From positions 1-61,023 of the forward strand of contig DATGPC010000050.1 in assembly GCA_035305265.1 (NCBI GenBank): a DNA stretch of 61,023 nucleotides, given 5' to 3'. The position numbers were made by a program, and so were the translations under genes. Under the pieces are notes generated by a model, which saw only the letters and a list, made by a program, of their open reading frames with translations, was not told the DNA's origin and did not search any database. This DNA comes from Thermomicrobiales bacterium. Lineage in GTDB: Bacteria > Chloroflexota > Chloroflexia > Thermomicrobiales > UBA6265. Position 1 is the first letter of the stretch; the number at the start of each line of letters is the position of its first letter. Below are positions 47,088-56,688 of this stretch, in pieces.

Positions 47088-48269
47088 TCACGCCTCGAGC
47101 GCGCGGGACAGGGCCTCAACGAGCGTATCAGCGTGCTCGCGCTCCCAGATCATCGGCGGCAGGAACCGGATCACGAGCGACCCGGCGGGCAGCGCCAGCA
47201 CGCCATGCTCCTGCAGCGCACGCAGCACCGGCGTGGCCTTCTGCTTCAGCTCGATGCCCAGCATCAGCCCCTCACCACGCACCGCGCGGATCTTCGGGCT
47301 CCCGATGGCCTCGATCTGCTGTTTTGCATACGCGCCAACATCCGTTGCACGCGTATACAGGTCATCCTCGCGCAGGATGCGGAGCGTCTCCGTTGCGCCG
47401 CGGGAGACGAGCGGATTCCCGCCGAACGTCGAGCCGTGCGCCCCGGCCGGGATCGCCTCGCTGATCGTTTCCGTCACGAGCGTCAGGCCGATCGGCATCC
47501 CGTTGGCAAGGGCCTTCGCCGTCGCGAGGATATCGGGCACCACGCCCTTCGCCACGCCGGCGAACGGCGCCCCGGTCCGGAAGCCGGACTGCACCTCATC
47601 GAACATCAGCAGCGCACCGTGCTGCGTCGCCAGCTCGCGGGCCTTCTGGAGCCATGCCGGGTCGGCGGGATGGATACCGCCTTCTCCCTGTACCGGCTCG
47701 AGGATCACCAGCGCCGTCGTCTCGTCGATCGCCGACTCGAGCGCTTCGAGATCGTTGAAGGAAACATGCGTCGCCTCCATCGCGAACGGCTCGAATGGCG
47801 CCCGGTACTTCTTGTCCGCGGTCGCGGCGAGCGCGCCCATCGTCCGGCCGTGGTACGCGCGCTTCGCGGCGACAATACCAGTGCGGCCGGTCGCGGCACG
47901 GGCGAACTTGATCCCCGCCTCGATCGCCTCGGTTCCGGAGTTGCTCAGGAACGCGCGCCCCAGCCCTTCCGGCGCGATGGTGCCGATCTCCTCCAGCAGC
48001 GCCGATCGGGCGTCGTTGTAGAAGCTCTGGTGGCAGGTCGTGAGCAAGCCGAGCTGATCGGTCACCGCCGCCGTGAAACGCGGATGCGCGTGCCCCAGCA
48101 CCGCGACGCCGTAGTTGCTCATCGCGTCGAGGTACCGGTTCCCCTCGCTATCGAACAGCCAGGCGCCCTCACCGCGCACCAGCGCGATGTCCCGCTTCGC
48201 GTACAGCGGAATCTGCTTCTCGCGGTCGAGCTGCGCGATCGATTCGGTGGTCATTGTGTCAGTCATCAT
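47088..48269 (-). CDS. lysJ: Class III aminotransferase: acetylornithine / [LysW]-aminoadipate-semialdehyde transaminase
   Basis: GHAHPR, SNSGTEAIE, LMFDEVQSGFRTG and the ATAKALANG PLP-Lys context (ArgD/LysJ family). Confidence 0.85.
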   Translation of the reverse strand: MMTDTMTTESIAQLDREKQIPLYAKRDIALVRGEGAWLFDSEGNRYLDAMSNYGVAVLGHAHPRFTAAVTDQLGLLTTCHQSFYNDARSALLEEIGTIAPEGLGRAFLSNSGTEAIEAGIKFARAATGRTGIVAAKRAYHGRTMGALAATADKKYRAPFEPFAMEATHVSFNDLEALESAIDETTALVILEPVQGEGGIHPADPAWLQKARELATQHGALLMFDEVQSGFRTGAPFAGVAKGVVPDILATAKALANGMPIGLTLVTETISEAIPAGAHGSTFGGNPLVSRGATETLRILREDDLYTRATDVGAYAKQQIEAIGSPKIRAVRGEGLMLGIELKQKATPVLRALQEHGVLALPAGSLVIRFLPPMIWEREHADTLVEALSRALEA

Positions 48270-48357
48270 AGTCCTCAAGAAGCCAAAAAAAGCGCTCGCC
48301 GCCCATGAAAAAGTTTGTCATTCTGAGCGGAGCGAAGAATCCCCGTGCGAAGCACAT

Positions 48358-49005
48358 TCAATCGCGCGAAACGCGTTCCTTATTCAATCGCCGCACGAGA
48401 TCCGGCACCTCCGCGAGCGAGTCGATCCGGTGCCGCACCTGCTCCATCTCCGGCCACCCTGCGTGGAGATAGCCCCACGGGCCTCGCCGGATGAACACAG
48501 CGTGCATCCCGATCTCCTGCGCCGGCAGGATGTCGTTGTCGATACGGTCGCCGACGTACATCACCTCAGCCGGCTCCATCTCCAGCTCATCGGCCATCCG
48601 CCGGAAGAAGGCCGGGTCCGGCTTCGTCACGCCCCATGACGTCGAGGACGCGTTGAGCGTCAGCGGAAGACCGAGGTCCGCCATCTGCTCGATAGCGCCG
48701 GACGGCTGGTTCCCCGCCACGCCAAGCACGAACCCCTGATGGCTCAGGCGCTTCAGCGTCGGGACTACATCCGGGTACAGGTCGCGGCTCTCGATGCGGT
48801 AACCAATGATGTTCGGGTCGACCGACTCGATCTGCATCACGTTGAAGAGGCTGCGATGGCTCTCCCGCCGCTCGATCAGGCCGCCCAGCACGCCATGCAA
48901 AGTCAACTCGGGGACACCGGCGTAGGCCGCCACCGATGACCAGAACCTGGTCTCGTTGACGAGCGTCTCGCCCTGGTCGAATACGATCGCCCGAATCGTT
49001 GTCAT
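48358..49005 (-). CDS. HAD-superfamily hydrolase
   Basis: Motif I VFDQGET, motif II GVAGNQ, motif IV YVGDRIDND. 4-nt ATGA overlap with the upstream lysZ. Confidence 0.8.
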   Translation of the reverse strand: MTTIRAIVFDQGETLVNETRFWSSVAAYAGVPELTLHGVLGGLIERRESHRSLFNVMQIESVDPNIIGYRIESRDLYPDVVPTLKRLSHQGFVLGVAGNQPSGAIEQMADLGLPLTLNASSTSWGVTKPDPAFFRRMADELEMEPAEVMYVGDRIDNDILPAQEIGMHAVFIRRGPWGYLHAGWPEMEQVRHRIDSLAEVPDLVRRLNKERVSRD

Positions 49006-49826
49006 GCCACCTTCTTCCCCGCCCGAACGACGGTGCCCTCACCTGCCAGTGCCCGCGTCACAGGTTGTTCGACGCGAGCATCGGCGAAGATCACTTGCTC
49101 GACACCCTTCTCGACCGCCTTGATCGCCTGCTCGACCTTCACGACCATGCGTCCGGCCGCCGCGGCGAGCGCGCCTTCGGCATCCGAGGCGTCGATCTCG
49201 CGAACCAAAGTGCTCTCATCATACCGGTCCTGGAGCAATCCCGGCGTATCGGAGAAGAAGAGCAAGCCCCGCGCGCCCATCGCTTCGGCGAGTCCGAGTG
49301 CGAGCTTGTCGCCGTCGAAGTTGATCGGCACGCCGCCCTCCGACAGGCCTGGCGGCGAGACGAGGACGACGAACCCGGCGTCCATCAGCGTCGTGATGAC
49401 GGTCGGATCGAAGTCCTTGACGCTCCCGGCGTGGTCGTCGCGCAGGACCTTCATCTTGCCGTCGATGTCGGTGCCACGGATCTCCGCCTTGCGCTTGCCG
49501 AAGGCGATGCCGCCATCGATCGCGCTGAGCCCAACCGCATTCACGCCCTGGGCCCGGAAATCGGCCACGGCATGCTTGTTCACCTTGCCGCAGTACGCCA
49601 TGAGCATGGCATCCATCGTCTCGGCGTCGGTGTAGCGGCTCTCGCGGCCGCTCTTCGAGGTGATCTTGCGCACGGGAAGCCCGAGTGCCTCGCAAAGCTG
49701 GCTGAATTCCGCGTTCCCGCCATGCACGATCACCACCGGCTCATCGAGCGTGGCGATATCCTTCGCGAACCGCGTGTACACATCGGCGCCGATCCCCGCG
49801 CCGCCTCCGATTTTGACCACAAGCAT
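49002..49826 (-). CDS. lysZ: [LysW]-aminoadipate / acetylglutamate kinase family
   Basis: MLVVKIGGGAG, VIVHGGN and amino-acid-kinase fold motifs. Short form (274 aa) typical of LysZ. Confidence 0.85.
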   Translation of the reverse strand: MLVVKIGGGAGIGADVYTRFAKDIATLDEPVVIVHGGNAEFSQLCEALGLPVRKITSKSGRESRYTDAETMDAMLMAYCGKVNKHAVADFRAQGVNAVGLSAIDGGIAFGKRKAEIRGTDIDGKMKVLRDDHAGSVKDFDPTVITTLMDAGFVVLVSPPGLSEGGVPINFDGDKLALGLAEAMGARGLLFFSDTPGLLQDRYDESTLVREIDASDAEGALAAAAGRMVVKVEQAIKAVEKGVEQVIFADARVEQPVTRALAGEGTVVRAGKKVA

Positions 49827-49978
49827 GAAACGTTCTGCCTCTTTCGCGCCTACGCGCCGGACACAAGGTCCGGCGGTACGGATGTCCTTGCGTACCGCCG
49901 GACCTCGCAGCCGCGGCCGGTGTCCGGCGCAATGGAGCGGAGGGCTTTTCGCCCTCCGCCCGTACGCGAAGCGATTGG

Positions 49979-51028
49979 CTAAATCGGGTGCAGGCCCGGG
50001 AACTCCAGCCCGGTCTTCTCCGGGAAGCCCATTCGGATGTTCATCGACTGCACCGCCTGCCCCGAAGCACCCTTCATCAGGTTGTCCAGCGCAGCCATGA
50101 CGACAACGCGGTTCGAATGCTCATCGCGCTCGAAGCCCACGTCGCACCAGTTCGACCCACTCAGGAGCTTCGGCTCCGGATAACGGTGAACGCCGGTGTT
50201 CTCCTTCACCAGCCGCATGAACGGCTCGTCCTTGTACGCCTCGCGGTAGATCTTCCGCAGCCTCTTGTCGTCGAGGTCTTCCTTCAGGAAGACGTGGGAT
50301 GTCGCCAGGATGCCCCGCACGGCCTCGATCGACGTCGCCGAGAAGCTCACCTTCGGCGTCTCGCCGTGGAACGTCAGCTCCTGGATGATCTCCGCGCTGT
50401 GCCGGTGGCCGGTCGGCTTGAACGAGCGCATTGCGCCGCTCCGCTCGGCGTGGTGCGAGGCCACGCTCGGCGATCCCCCGGAGCCGGACGAGCCGGTCTT
50501 CGCCTCGACGATCACCGGCATCTCCAGGTCGACGACGCCAGCCATGAAGAGCGGATAAAGCCCGAGGATCGTCGTTGACGACATGCAGCCAGGAGACGCG
50601 ATCCAGTCCGCCGACTCGATCTGCTTCCGGTGTAGCTCCGGCATGCCGTAGACGAACGTGCCGAGCGCGTCCAGGTCCTCATGCTCGTGGCTATACCACT
50701 TCGGATAGTCACCGGCGTTGTTCAGCCGGAAGTCCGAACTGAGGTCGATCACGACCGGCGCGAGATCCCGCACCTTCGGCAGCATCTTCATCGAGACGCC
50801 GTGCGGCAGCGCGAGGAAGAGCACGTCGCAGGGCTCGAGCTTGTCGCTGGAGACGAACTTCAGGTCGGTGACGCCTCGCAGGTTCGGGTGCGTGCTCTTC
50901 ACGAACTTGCCGGCCTGCCGCTCCGAGGTGACCTGCTTCAGGGCGACCTCCGGGTGGAACAGCAGCAGCCGAACCAGCTCGCCGCCAGCGTAGCCAGACC
51001 CGCCGATCACAGAAACGTTGAGACTCAT
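49979..51028 (-). CDS. lysY: N-acetyl-gamma-glutamyl-phosphate / [LysW]-aminoadipyl-phosphate reductase
   Basis: [12 protein letters not shown] Rossmann start and SPGCMSTT active-site Cys (ArgC/LysY). Confidence 0.9.
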   Translation of the reverse strand: MSLNVSVIGGSGYAGGELVRLLLFHPEVALKQVTSERQAGKFVKSTHPNLRGVTDLKFVSSDKLEPCDVLFLALPHGVSMKMLPKVRDLAPVVIDLSSDFRLNNAGDYPKWYSHEHEDLDALGTFVYGMPELHRKQIESADWIASPGCMSSTTILGLYPLFMAGVVDLEMPVIVEAKTGSSGSGGSPSVASHHAERSGAMRSFKPTGHRHSAEIIQELTFHGETPKVSFSATSIEAVRGILATSHVFLKEDLDDKRLRKIYREAYKDEPFMRLVKENTGVHRYPEPKLLSGSNWCDVGFERDEHSNRVVVMAALDNLMKGASGQAVQSMNIRMGFPEKTGLEFPGLHPI

Positions 51029-51933
51029 ACCGCTATTTCCTCCGCCTGGACCTGTCGCCTGGCTCGATTCCCCTCGCCGACGGCGAGCACGTAATCAATG
51101 ATCTTCGCCGGGATATCGACCCCGGTCGTGTGGATGGAGTTCCGGAACTCCATCGTGTAGTTCACTTCGTTGACCTGCAGTCCCTGGTCGGTCTCGAACA
51201 GGTCAACCGCAACCACCCCGCCGCCAACCGCCTGCGCCGCCCGGAGGGATACCTCGGACAGCTCCGGTGTCACTGGGCAGTTGCTCGCCTGCCCACCGCG
51301 TGCCGTGTTCGTGATCCAGTGCGGCGAGTCCCGGTAAATCGCGCAGATGGTCTCATCGCCTACCACGAACGACCGGATGTCCCGACCATTCTTCTCGACG
51401 TACTCCTGGATATAGAACGCGCCGTGATGGAACGACCCCAGCGTCACCTTGTGCTCCAGTAGCGCCTCGGCCGCGTCGCGGTCGTTCACCCGCGCCAGCA
51501 GCCTGCCCCACGACCCGATCGCCGGCTTGAGCACCACCGGATACCCCAGCTCCTCGATCGCCTCGATGGCCGACTCCGGCGTGTAGGCGATCCGCGTCCG
51601 TGGCATCGGCACGCCGTGTCGAGCCAGGGCCTGCGTCGTCAGCAGTTTGTCGCCGCAGATGTTCGCGACCTCGTACATGTTGACCGTCGGGATGCCCCAG
51701 TCGTTCAGCGTCCGCATCGTATACATCGCGCGCAGGTGGTTGATGCAACGCTCCAGCACGACGTCGCAGGCCATGAGCTCCGGATCCGGATGCACCGGAT
51801 CGAGCGTCAAGGTCCGGTCATCGAACCGAACGACCTCCACGCCCCGGCGCTCCAGCTCCGCGAGCAGCAGCTTTTCTTCCACGCGAACCCGCGACATGAG
51901 AATCCCCACGCGCGGAGAGTGTTCCTGTACCAT
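51025..51933 (-). CDS. lysX: RimK-type ATP-grasp ligase, LysX/ArgX family (copy 1, intact motifs)
   Basis: [55 protein letters not shown] and VAVDLFE...VNEVN. 4-nt overlap with lysY. Start at MVQEHSPR (51933). Confidence 0.85.
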   Translation of the reverse strand: MVQEHSPRVGILMSRVRVEEKLLLAELERRGVEVVRFDDRTLTLDPVHPDPELMACDVVLERCINHLRAMYTMRTLNDWGIPTVNMYEVANICGDKLLTTQALARHGVPMPRTRIAYTPESAIEAIEELGYPVVLKPAIGSWGRLLARVNDRDAAEALLEHKVTLGSFHHGAFYIQEYVEKNGRDIRSFVVGDETICAIYRDSPHWITNTARGGQASNCPVTPELSEVSLRAAQAVGGGVVAVDLFETDQGLQVNEVNYTMEFRNSIHTTGVDIPAKIIDYVLAVGEGNRARRQVQAEEIAV

Positions 51934-52250
51934 CCGGAACGTCCTTTCCCGGCGCCCTGATGCGCCGGCGAACTGCACACGGCCCACCTCGTCAAGAGGA
52001 CGGGGGCCGCTCCGTGGTACCACCTCTGTTCGCGTGCTCCTCACAGATGCACGCCTTGGCGAGTGCGCGCCCGCGCACCCACGCCCGATAACGGAGGCTG
52101 CCGACCGGGTCTACTGACCGGGCGATTCTCGCCCGGCGTTCTTCCGGTTGCTCGGGGACCTTCATGTGACCACCCATGCCGCGACGCTCTCACCGTCTCG
52201 TCGCTCGCTGGGGCCGGGTTACCGGCCACATGTTCCCGTCAACGCAGGTA
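51934..52250 (-). promoter_or_regulatory. T-box riboswitch leader (non-canonical specifier loop) with predicted SD sequestration
   Basis: Minus strand: AG bulge AGCGA (52209..52205), distal loop GGUGAGA (52194..52188) closed by GCGACG/CGUCGC, specifier-side loop GAAGGUC (52163..52157), F-box-like CCGUUA. T-box core AACAGAGGUGGUACCACGGA (52030..52011). CGUCCU (52002..51997) is complementary to SD AGGACG (51945..51940). Confidence 0.75.
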
Positions 52251-52272
52251 TTCGGTTTTCAGGTTGCTTCGT

Positions 52273-52291
52273 CCTGCACCACGCGTGCAAG
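52273..52291 (-). repeat. Copy c of a conserved spacer hairpin (CTTGCAC-GCGTG-GTGCAGG)
   Basis: Shares the stem and loop pattern with 53323..53345 and 55319..55339 (one stem mismatch). Lies upstream of T-box leader 1. Confidence 0.5.
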
Positions 52292-52346
52292 ACATCGACC
52301 GCAAATCGATAGATAACCCAGCGCAATGCGGCGCCTGCGGGTCCGA

Positions 52347-52367
52347 TCCCGGACACATGGTCCGGGA
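52347..52367 (-). terminator. Hairpin after the lysX-like copy 2 stop (no U-tract)
   Basis: 7-bp stem TCCCGGA / TCCGGGA with a 7-nt loop, 10 nt after the stop codon. May separate the two T-box-controlled units. Confidence 0.35.
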
Positions 52368-52376
52368 CTACGAAGA

Positions 52377-53291
52377 TTACCCGACACCCGCCGCCGTCAA
52401 CGGGTCCATCACCCGCTCACGCGCCACCCGCGCCGCCTCCTCGACAATCTCTCCCGCGATATCACGGTCGGTCGTCGTCATCAGGCCCTTGAACTCGCCG
52501 CCGGTATTGATCTCGATGACCTTCAAGCCGTCATCGGTCTCGATCAGGTCGACACCAGCGAGCCGCGCCCCGACGACCTCGCAGGCCCGCAGGGCAAGCT
52601 CCTCGATCTCCGGCGTCACCGGACACGGTACCGACACCGCGCCCCGCGCCGCATTCGTGATCCAGTGCTCCGACGTGCGATACGACGCCGCGACGATCTT
52701 CCCGCCGACAACGTAGGCGCGAATATCCCGTCCCGGTTTCTCGACGTACTCCTGGATATAGAAGATTTCGTGATGGAAGGAGCCATGCTCGGACTTCTGC
52801 TGGATGATCGCCCGGGCCTGGTCCGGACCGTTCACCTTCGAGATGAGGCGACCCCAGGAGCCCGCGACCGGTTTCAGCACCGCCGGGTACCCGAGCTGCT
52901 CGCACGCCTCCAGCGCCGACTCCACCGAGTAGGCGACGAAGGTCTTCGGCGACGGTATCCCCGCCGCCTCCAGCACCATGCTGGCTCGGGCCTTATCGTC
53001 GCAGATCGTCACTGCCGCCGCGCTGTTCAGCGTTGGCACGCCCCATCGATTCATCGCCCAGAGCGTGTAGCCGGCGCGGGAGTGAACGACGCTGCGGTCC
53101 AGCATGACATCGACATCGACTCCACTCTCGGCGGCCGTCGGCGCCGACAGGTTCAGCGTCAGGTTGCGGTCGAAGACCGGCGTGACGATCATGCCGCGCG
53201 CCCGTGCCGCCGCGAGGATCAATTTCTCTTCCTGCCGGAGATAGGAGACGAGCACTCCGAGCCGGAGCCCCGCCCCACGTTCCTGTGACAT
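52377..53291 (-). CDS. RimK-type ATP-grasp ligase, LysX/ArgX family (copy 2, intact motifs)
   Basis: [56 protein letters not shown] and GVDLIE...VIEINT. Confidence 0.85.
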   Translation of the reverse strand: MSQERGAGLRLGVLVSYLRQEEKLILAAARARGMIVTPVFDRNLTLNLSAPTAAESGVDVDVMLDRSVVHSRAGYTLWAMNRWGVPTLNSAAAVTICDDKARASMVLEAAGIPSPKTFVAYSVESALEACEQLGYPAVLKPVAGSWGRLISKVNGPDQARAIIQQKSEHGSFHHEIFYIQEYVEKPGRDIRAYVVGGKIVAASYRTSEHWITNAARGAVSVPCPVTPEIEELALRACEVVGARLAGVDLIETDDGLKVIEINTGGEFKGLMTTTDRDIAGEIVEEAARVARERVMDPLTAAGVG

Positions 53292-53322
53292 GTATTTTTC
53301 CTTATCAGAGGAGCGCTCCGTC

Positions 53323-53345
53323 GTCTCGCACCATGCGTGCGAGAC
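53323..53345 (-). repeat. Copy a of the conserved spacer hairpin (GTCTCGCAC-GCATG-GTGCGAGAC)
   Basis: Perfect 9-bp stem in the 66-nt spacer between lysK and lysX-like copy 2. Confidence 0.55.
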
Positions 53346-53357
53346 ATGGCCCCGGGC

Positions 53358-54420
<1,063 letters not shown>

Positions 54421-54443
<23 letters not shown>

Positions 54444-55278
54444 CGCGTGCCTCCTGGACCGCGCCCGACGGGGAGACCAGCGCGGCAATGGCTTCCGCCA
54501 CCGTCTTCGTTCCCAGCAACGTGCTCTTGCGGAACTCGGCCACCGGGATCGCATCCCAGACAACCAGCTCGCCTTCAATCGTCGCGATCTCGATCGCCAC
54601 CACGGCAGCGCCGATCACATTCGCCGCCTTGCACGCAAGGTCGGTCATCGCTGCGGACGGAATCGGCCCGTCGTACGCGACAGCCTCGCCGCCCACCACG
54701 TGAATACGATGCAGATGCTCATCCGACGGCGCGCCGGCCTGGACGAGAATGACAGCCTCATCCGCGCTGCCCAGAACGATCCGGTGCTCGATGACCGCAT
54801 CAGCGGTATCCGCATCATGCAGCGTCGTCGACGCGGTTCCCGGGATCATCGGCAGCAGCGTGGCGGGATAGCCCACCATACCGGCCGCCTGAACACCGGT
54901 CGCCTCGGAGAAGGCGATCATCGTCTTCGGCCGCGGAAGCCCCGCTCGAGTCAGGGCCGTGGCGACTTCCTGACGGTTCCTCGTCGACGCCAGGCCGGCA
55001 TCGATGACCCGCACGCCGGACTGGCGAAGCAGCCTGGCAAACGGCCTGGCCACCTGCCGGTTCGTCGACCGGTCAATGATCACGCCATCGGCGCCGAGGA
55101 TACCGGCGTCGGAGGAGTCGCCCAGCGCCGCGATGTCCTGCGGCGCCGGGCACGGAGGCAAGGGCAGGCTCATGGGGGATACCGGCATCGCCACCGCTCC
55201 GGCCTCGCCGAAGGCGGTGATGAGCTGCTTCTCTTCCACACGAACGCGCGCGCAAAGCACGCCGACTGCCGTTGCCAT
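54421..55278 (-). CDS. Degenerate LysX/RimK-like ATP-grasp paralogue (predicted catalytically inactive)
   Basis: The N-terminus VGVLCARVRVEEKQLI aligns with both LysX copies. The motifs are replaced: GYPATLLPMIPGTAS for [14 protein letters not shown], ILVQAGAPSDEHLHR for [14 protein letters not shown], IEIAT...VWDAI for VDLxE...ExN, and there is no NTARGG. The frame is intact with high GC3. Confidence 0.7.
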
Positions 55279-55318
55279 GTCCGTTGACTTCTCCTTGCGA
55301 GGTCATATCCTCGCGTAG

Positions 55319-55339
55319 CCTCGCACCATGTGTGCGAGG
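55319..55339 (-). repeat. Copy b of the conserved spacer hairpin (CCTCGCAC-ACATG-GTGCGAGG)
   Basis: Perfect 8-bp stem in the spacer between lysW and the degenerate ATP-grasp gene. A second hairpin GCGAGG/CCTCGC sits next to it (about 55295..55315). Confidence 0.55.
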
Positions 55340-55367
55340 AATCGGCCACAGGCGGATATTCGGGCGA

Positions 55368-55535
55368 CTACTCGCCCCAGTCCTCGCCCTCTTCCGGCGC
55401 CAGCGCGAGCGTCACCGGATCGGTGCTTACAACTTCGAGATCCGCGCCACAATCACCGCACGGCACGATCTCGCCAACCTCAACGCCTTCGACCTCGACC
55501 TCGGCGTCACACTCGGGGCAAACTGCGGTAGCCAT
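55368..55535 (-). CDS. lysW: Amino-group carrier protein LysW
   Basis: 55 aa. Zinc-ribbon CPECDAEV...CGDCGADL and an acidic tail ending EEGEDWGE. AAGGGAAGG RBS upstream. Confidence 0.85.
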   Translation of the reverse strand: MATAVCPECDAEVEVEGVEVGEIVPCGDCGADLEVVSTDPVTLALAPEEGEDWGE

Positions 55536-55601
55536 TGCTGAACCTTCCCTTTCATCAATCCCTGGATCACGGCCGATCGCCGGACCTGACATACCTACGC
55601 G

Positions 55602-56678
55602 TTAGCTCTTGTCCATGACGGCCGAGGCATCGGACACCGTCGGGATGTCCTCACTCGTACGCTCGTCATGCAGCACCTGCAGCAGCACCGCCTTGTGGAC
55701 ATGCAGCCGCCCTTCGGCCTGGTCGAAGATGATCGACTGCGGGCCATCCGCAACCTCCGGCTCGACCTCCTGTCCGCGGTGCAACGGCAGGCAGTGCATG
55801 AAGACCGCCTCCGGTTTCGCGTGTGCCATGACCTCCCTGGTCACCCGGTAGGGCGCCAGCGCGACCAGTTTTCCCGGATTCTCCTGCTCGCCCATGCTCT
55901 CGTGCACATCGGTATAGACCGCATCCGCACCGTCCGCCGCCTCGAACGCCGAATCGACGAACTCCAATTTGGCACCGGTCTGCGCCGCAATCGCTTGCGC
56001 TTCGGCGACCACGGCCGGCTCCGGCGCGTAGTCCTTCGGCGTCGCGACGGACATGTTCACGCCGCTGGATGCCATCGCCAGCATCAGTGAATGGCAGACA
56101 TTGTTGCCATCACCCAGATAGGCGAATTTCAACCCGGTGAGGGTCCCGAAGTGTTCATACAATGCGAAAACGTCGCTCAACGCCTCGAGCGGGTGATCGT
56201 GCGAGGTCAGGGCGTTGAACACCGGCACCGTCGCGCCGCCGGCGAACTCATCCAGGTCGGCCGGGTCCGCGATGCGCGCGGCGACCGCATCGACGTAGCG
56301 GCTGAAGATCCGCGCCGTGTCCCCGATCGTCTCGCCTCGCTTGAGCTGCAGGTCCTGGATCCCAAGGAAGATCGCCTGCCCGCCCAACTGCTCCATCCCC
56401 GCCTGGAACGCCGTCCGCGTTCGCGTGCTCGGGTGCTGGAAGATCATCCCCAGCGTCTTGCCGCCCAGCCACGGATGCGGCTCCCCCGCCACGCGCATCG
56501 CCTTGAGCGTAAGCGCGGTCTCCAGGATCGCGGTGCGCTCGTCCGGGCTGAGATCGGTGTCGCGCAGGATGGACTTGCCGCGAAGCGATCCTGTCAGGAC
56601 CATTTCCTTGATCTCGCCGTCTCGCACCTGCTGGATCCTTCGTTCTTGCGTGGTGGTAGCTGTCGACACTGCGCTCAT
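55602..56678 (-). CDS. argF: Ornithine carbamoyltransferase-like protein (copy 1)
   Basis: FQHPSTRTR, LKRGETIGDTA, HPLEALSD, GDGNNV, DVHESMG and HCLPLHRGQEV. Confidence 0.8.
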   Translation of the reverse strand: MSAVSTATTTQERRIQQVRDGEIKEMVLTGSLRGKSILRDTDLSPDERTAILETALTLKAMRVAGEPHPWLGGKTLGMIFQHPSTRTRTAFQAGMEQLGGQAIFLGIQDLQLKRGETIGDTARIFSRYVDAVAARIADPADLDEFAGGATVPVFNALTSHDHPLEALSDVFALYEHFGTLTGLKFAYLGDGNNVCHSLMLAMASSGVNMSVATPKDYAPEPAVVAEAQAIAAQTGAKLEFVDSAFEAADGADAVYTDVHESMGEQENPGKLVALAPYRVTREVMAHAKPEAVFMHCLPLHRGQEVEPEVADGPQSIIFDQAEGRLHVHKAVLLQVLHDERTSEDIPTVSDASAVMDKS

Positions 56679-56688
56679 CCGGCTTCCC

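Noticed and set aside
48279-48357. GTCATTCTGAGCGGAGCGAAGAATCC motif in the HAD-lysJ spacer. It looks like a dispersed repeat family I have seen translated as ...SERSEES... in other genomes.
   Set aside because: There is only one copy in this window, and the recollection is vague. I cannot establish a repeat family from this sequence. It is mentioned only as part of the spacer description.
51934-52376. Possible lysine (L-box) riboswitch upstream of lysX, based on fragments such as GAGAGCGUCGCGG, AGUA, UCGCCAAGG and GUGCAUCUG.
   Set aside because: The fragments are out of order and out of spacing for an L-box. The same region contains the diagnostic T-box core GGUGGUACC, an AG bulge, a GGUGAGA distal loop and an F-box. 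I therefore call it a T-box leader.
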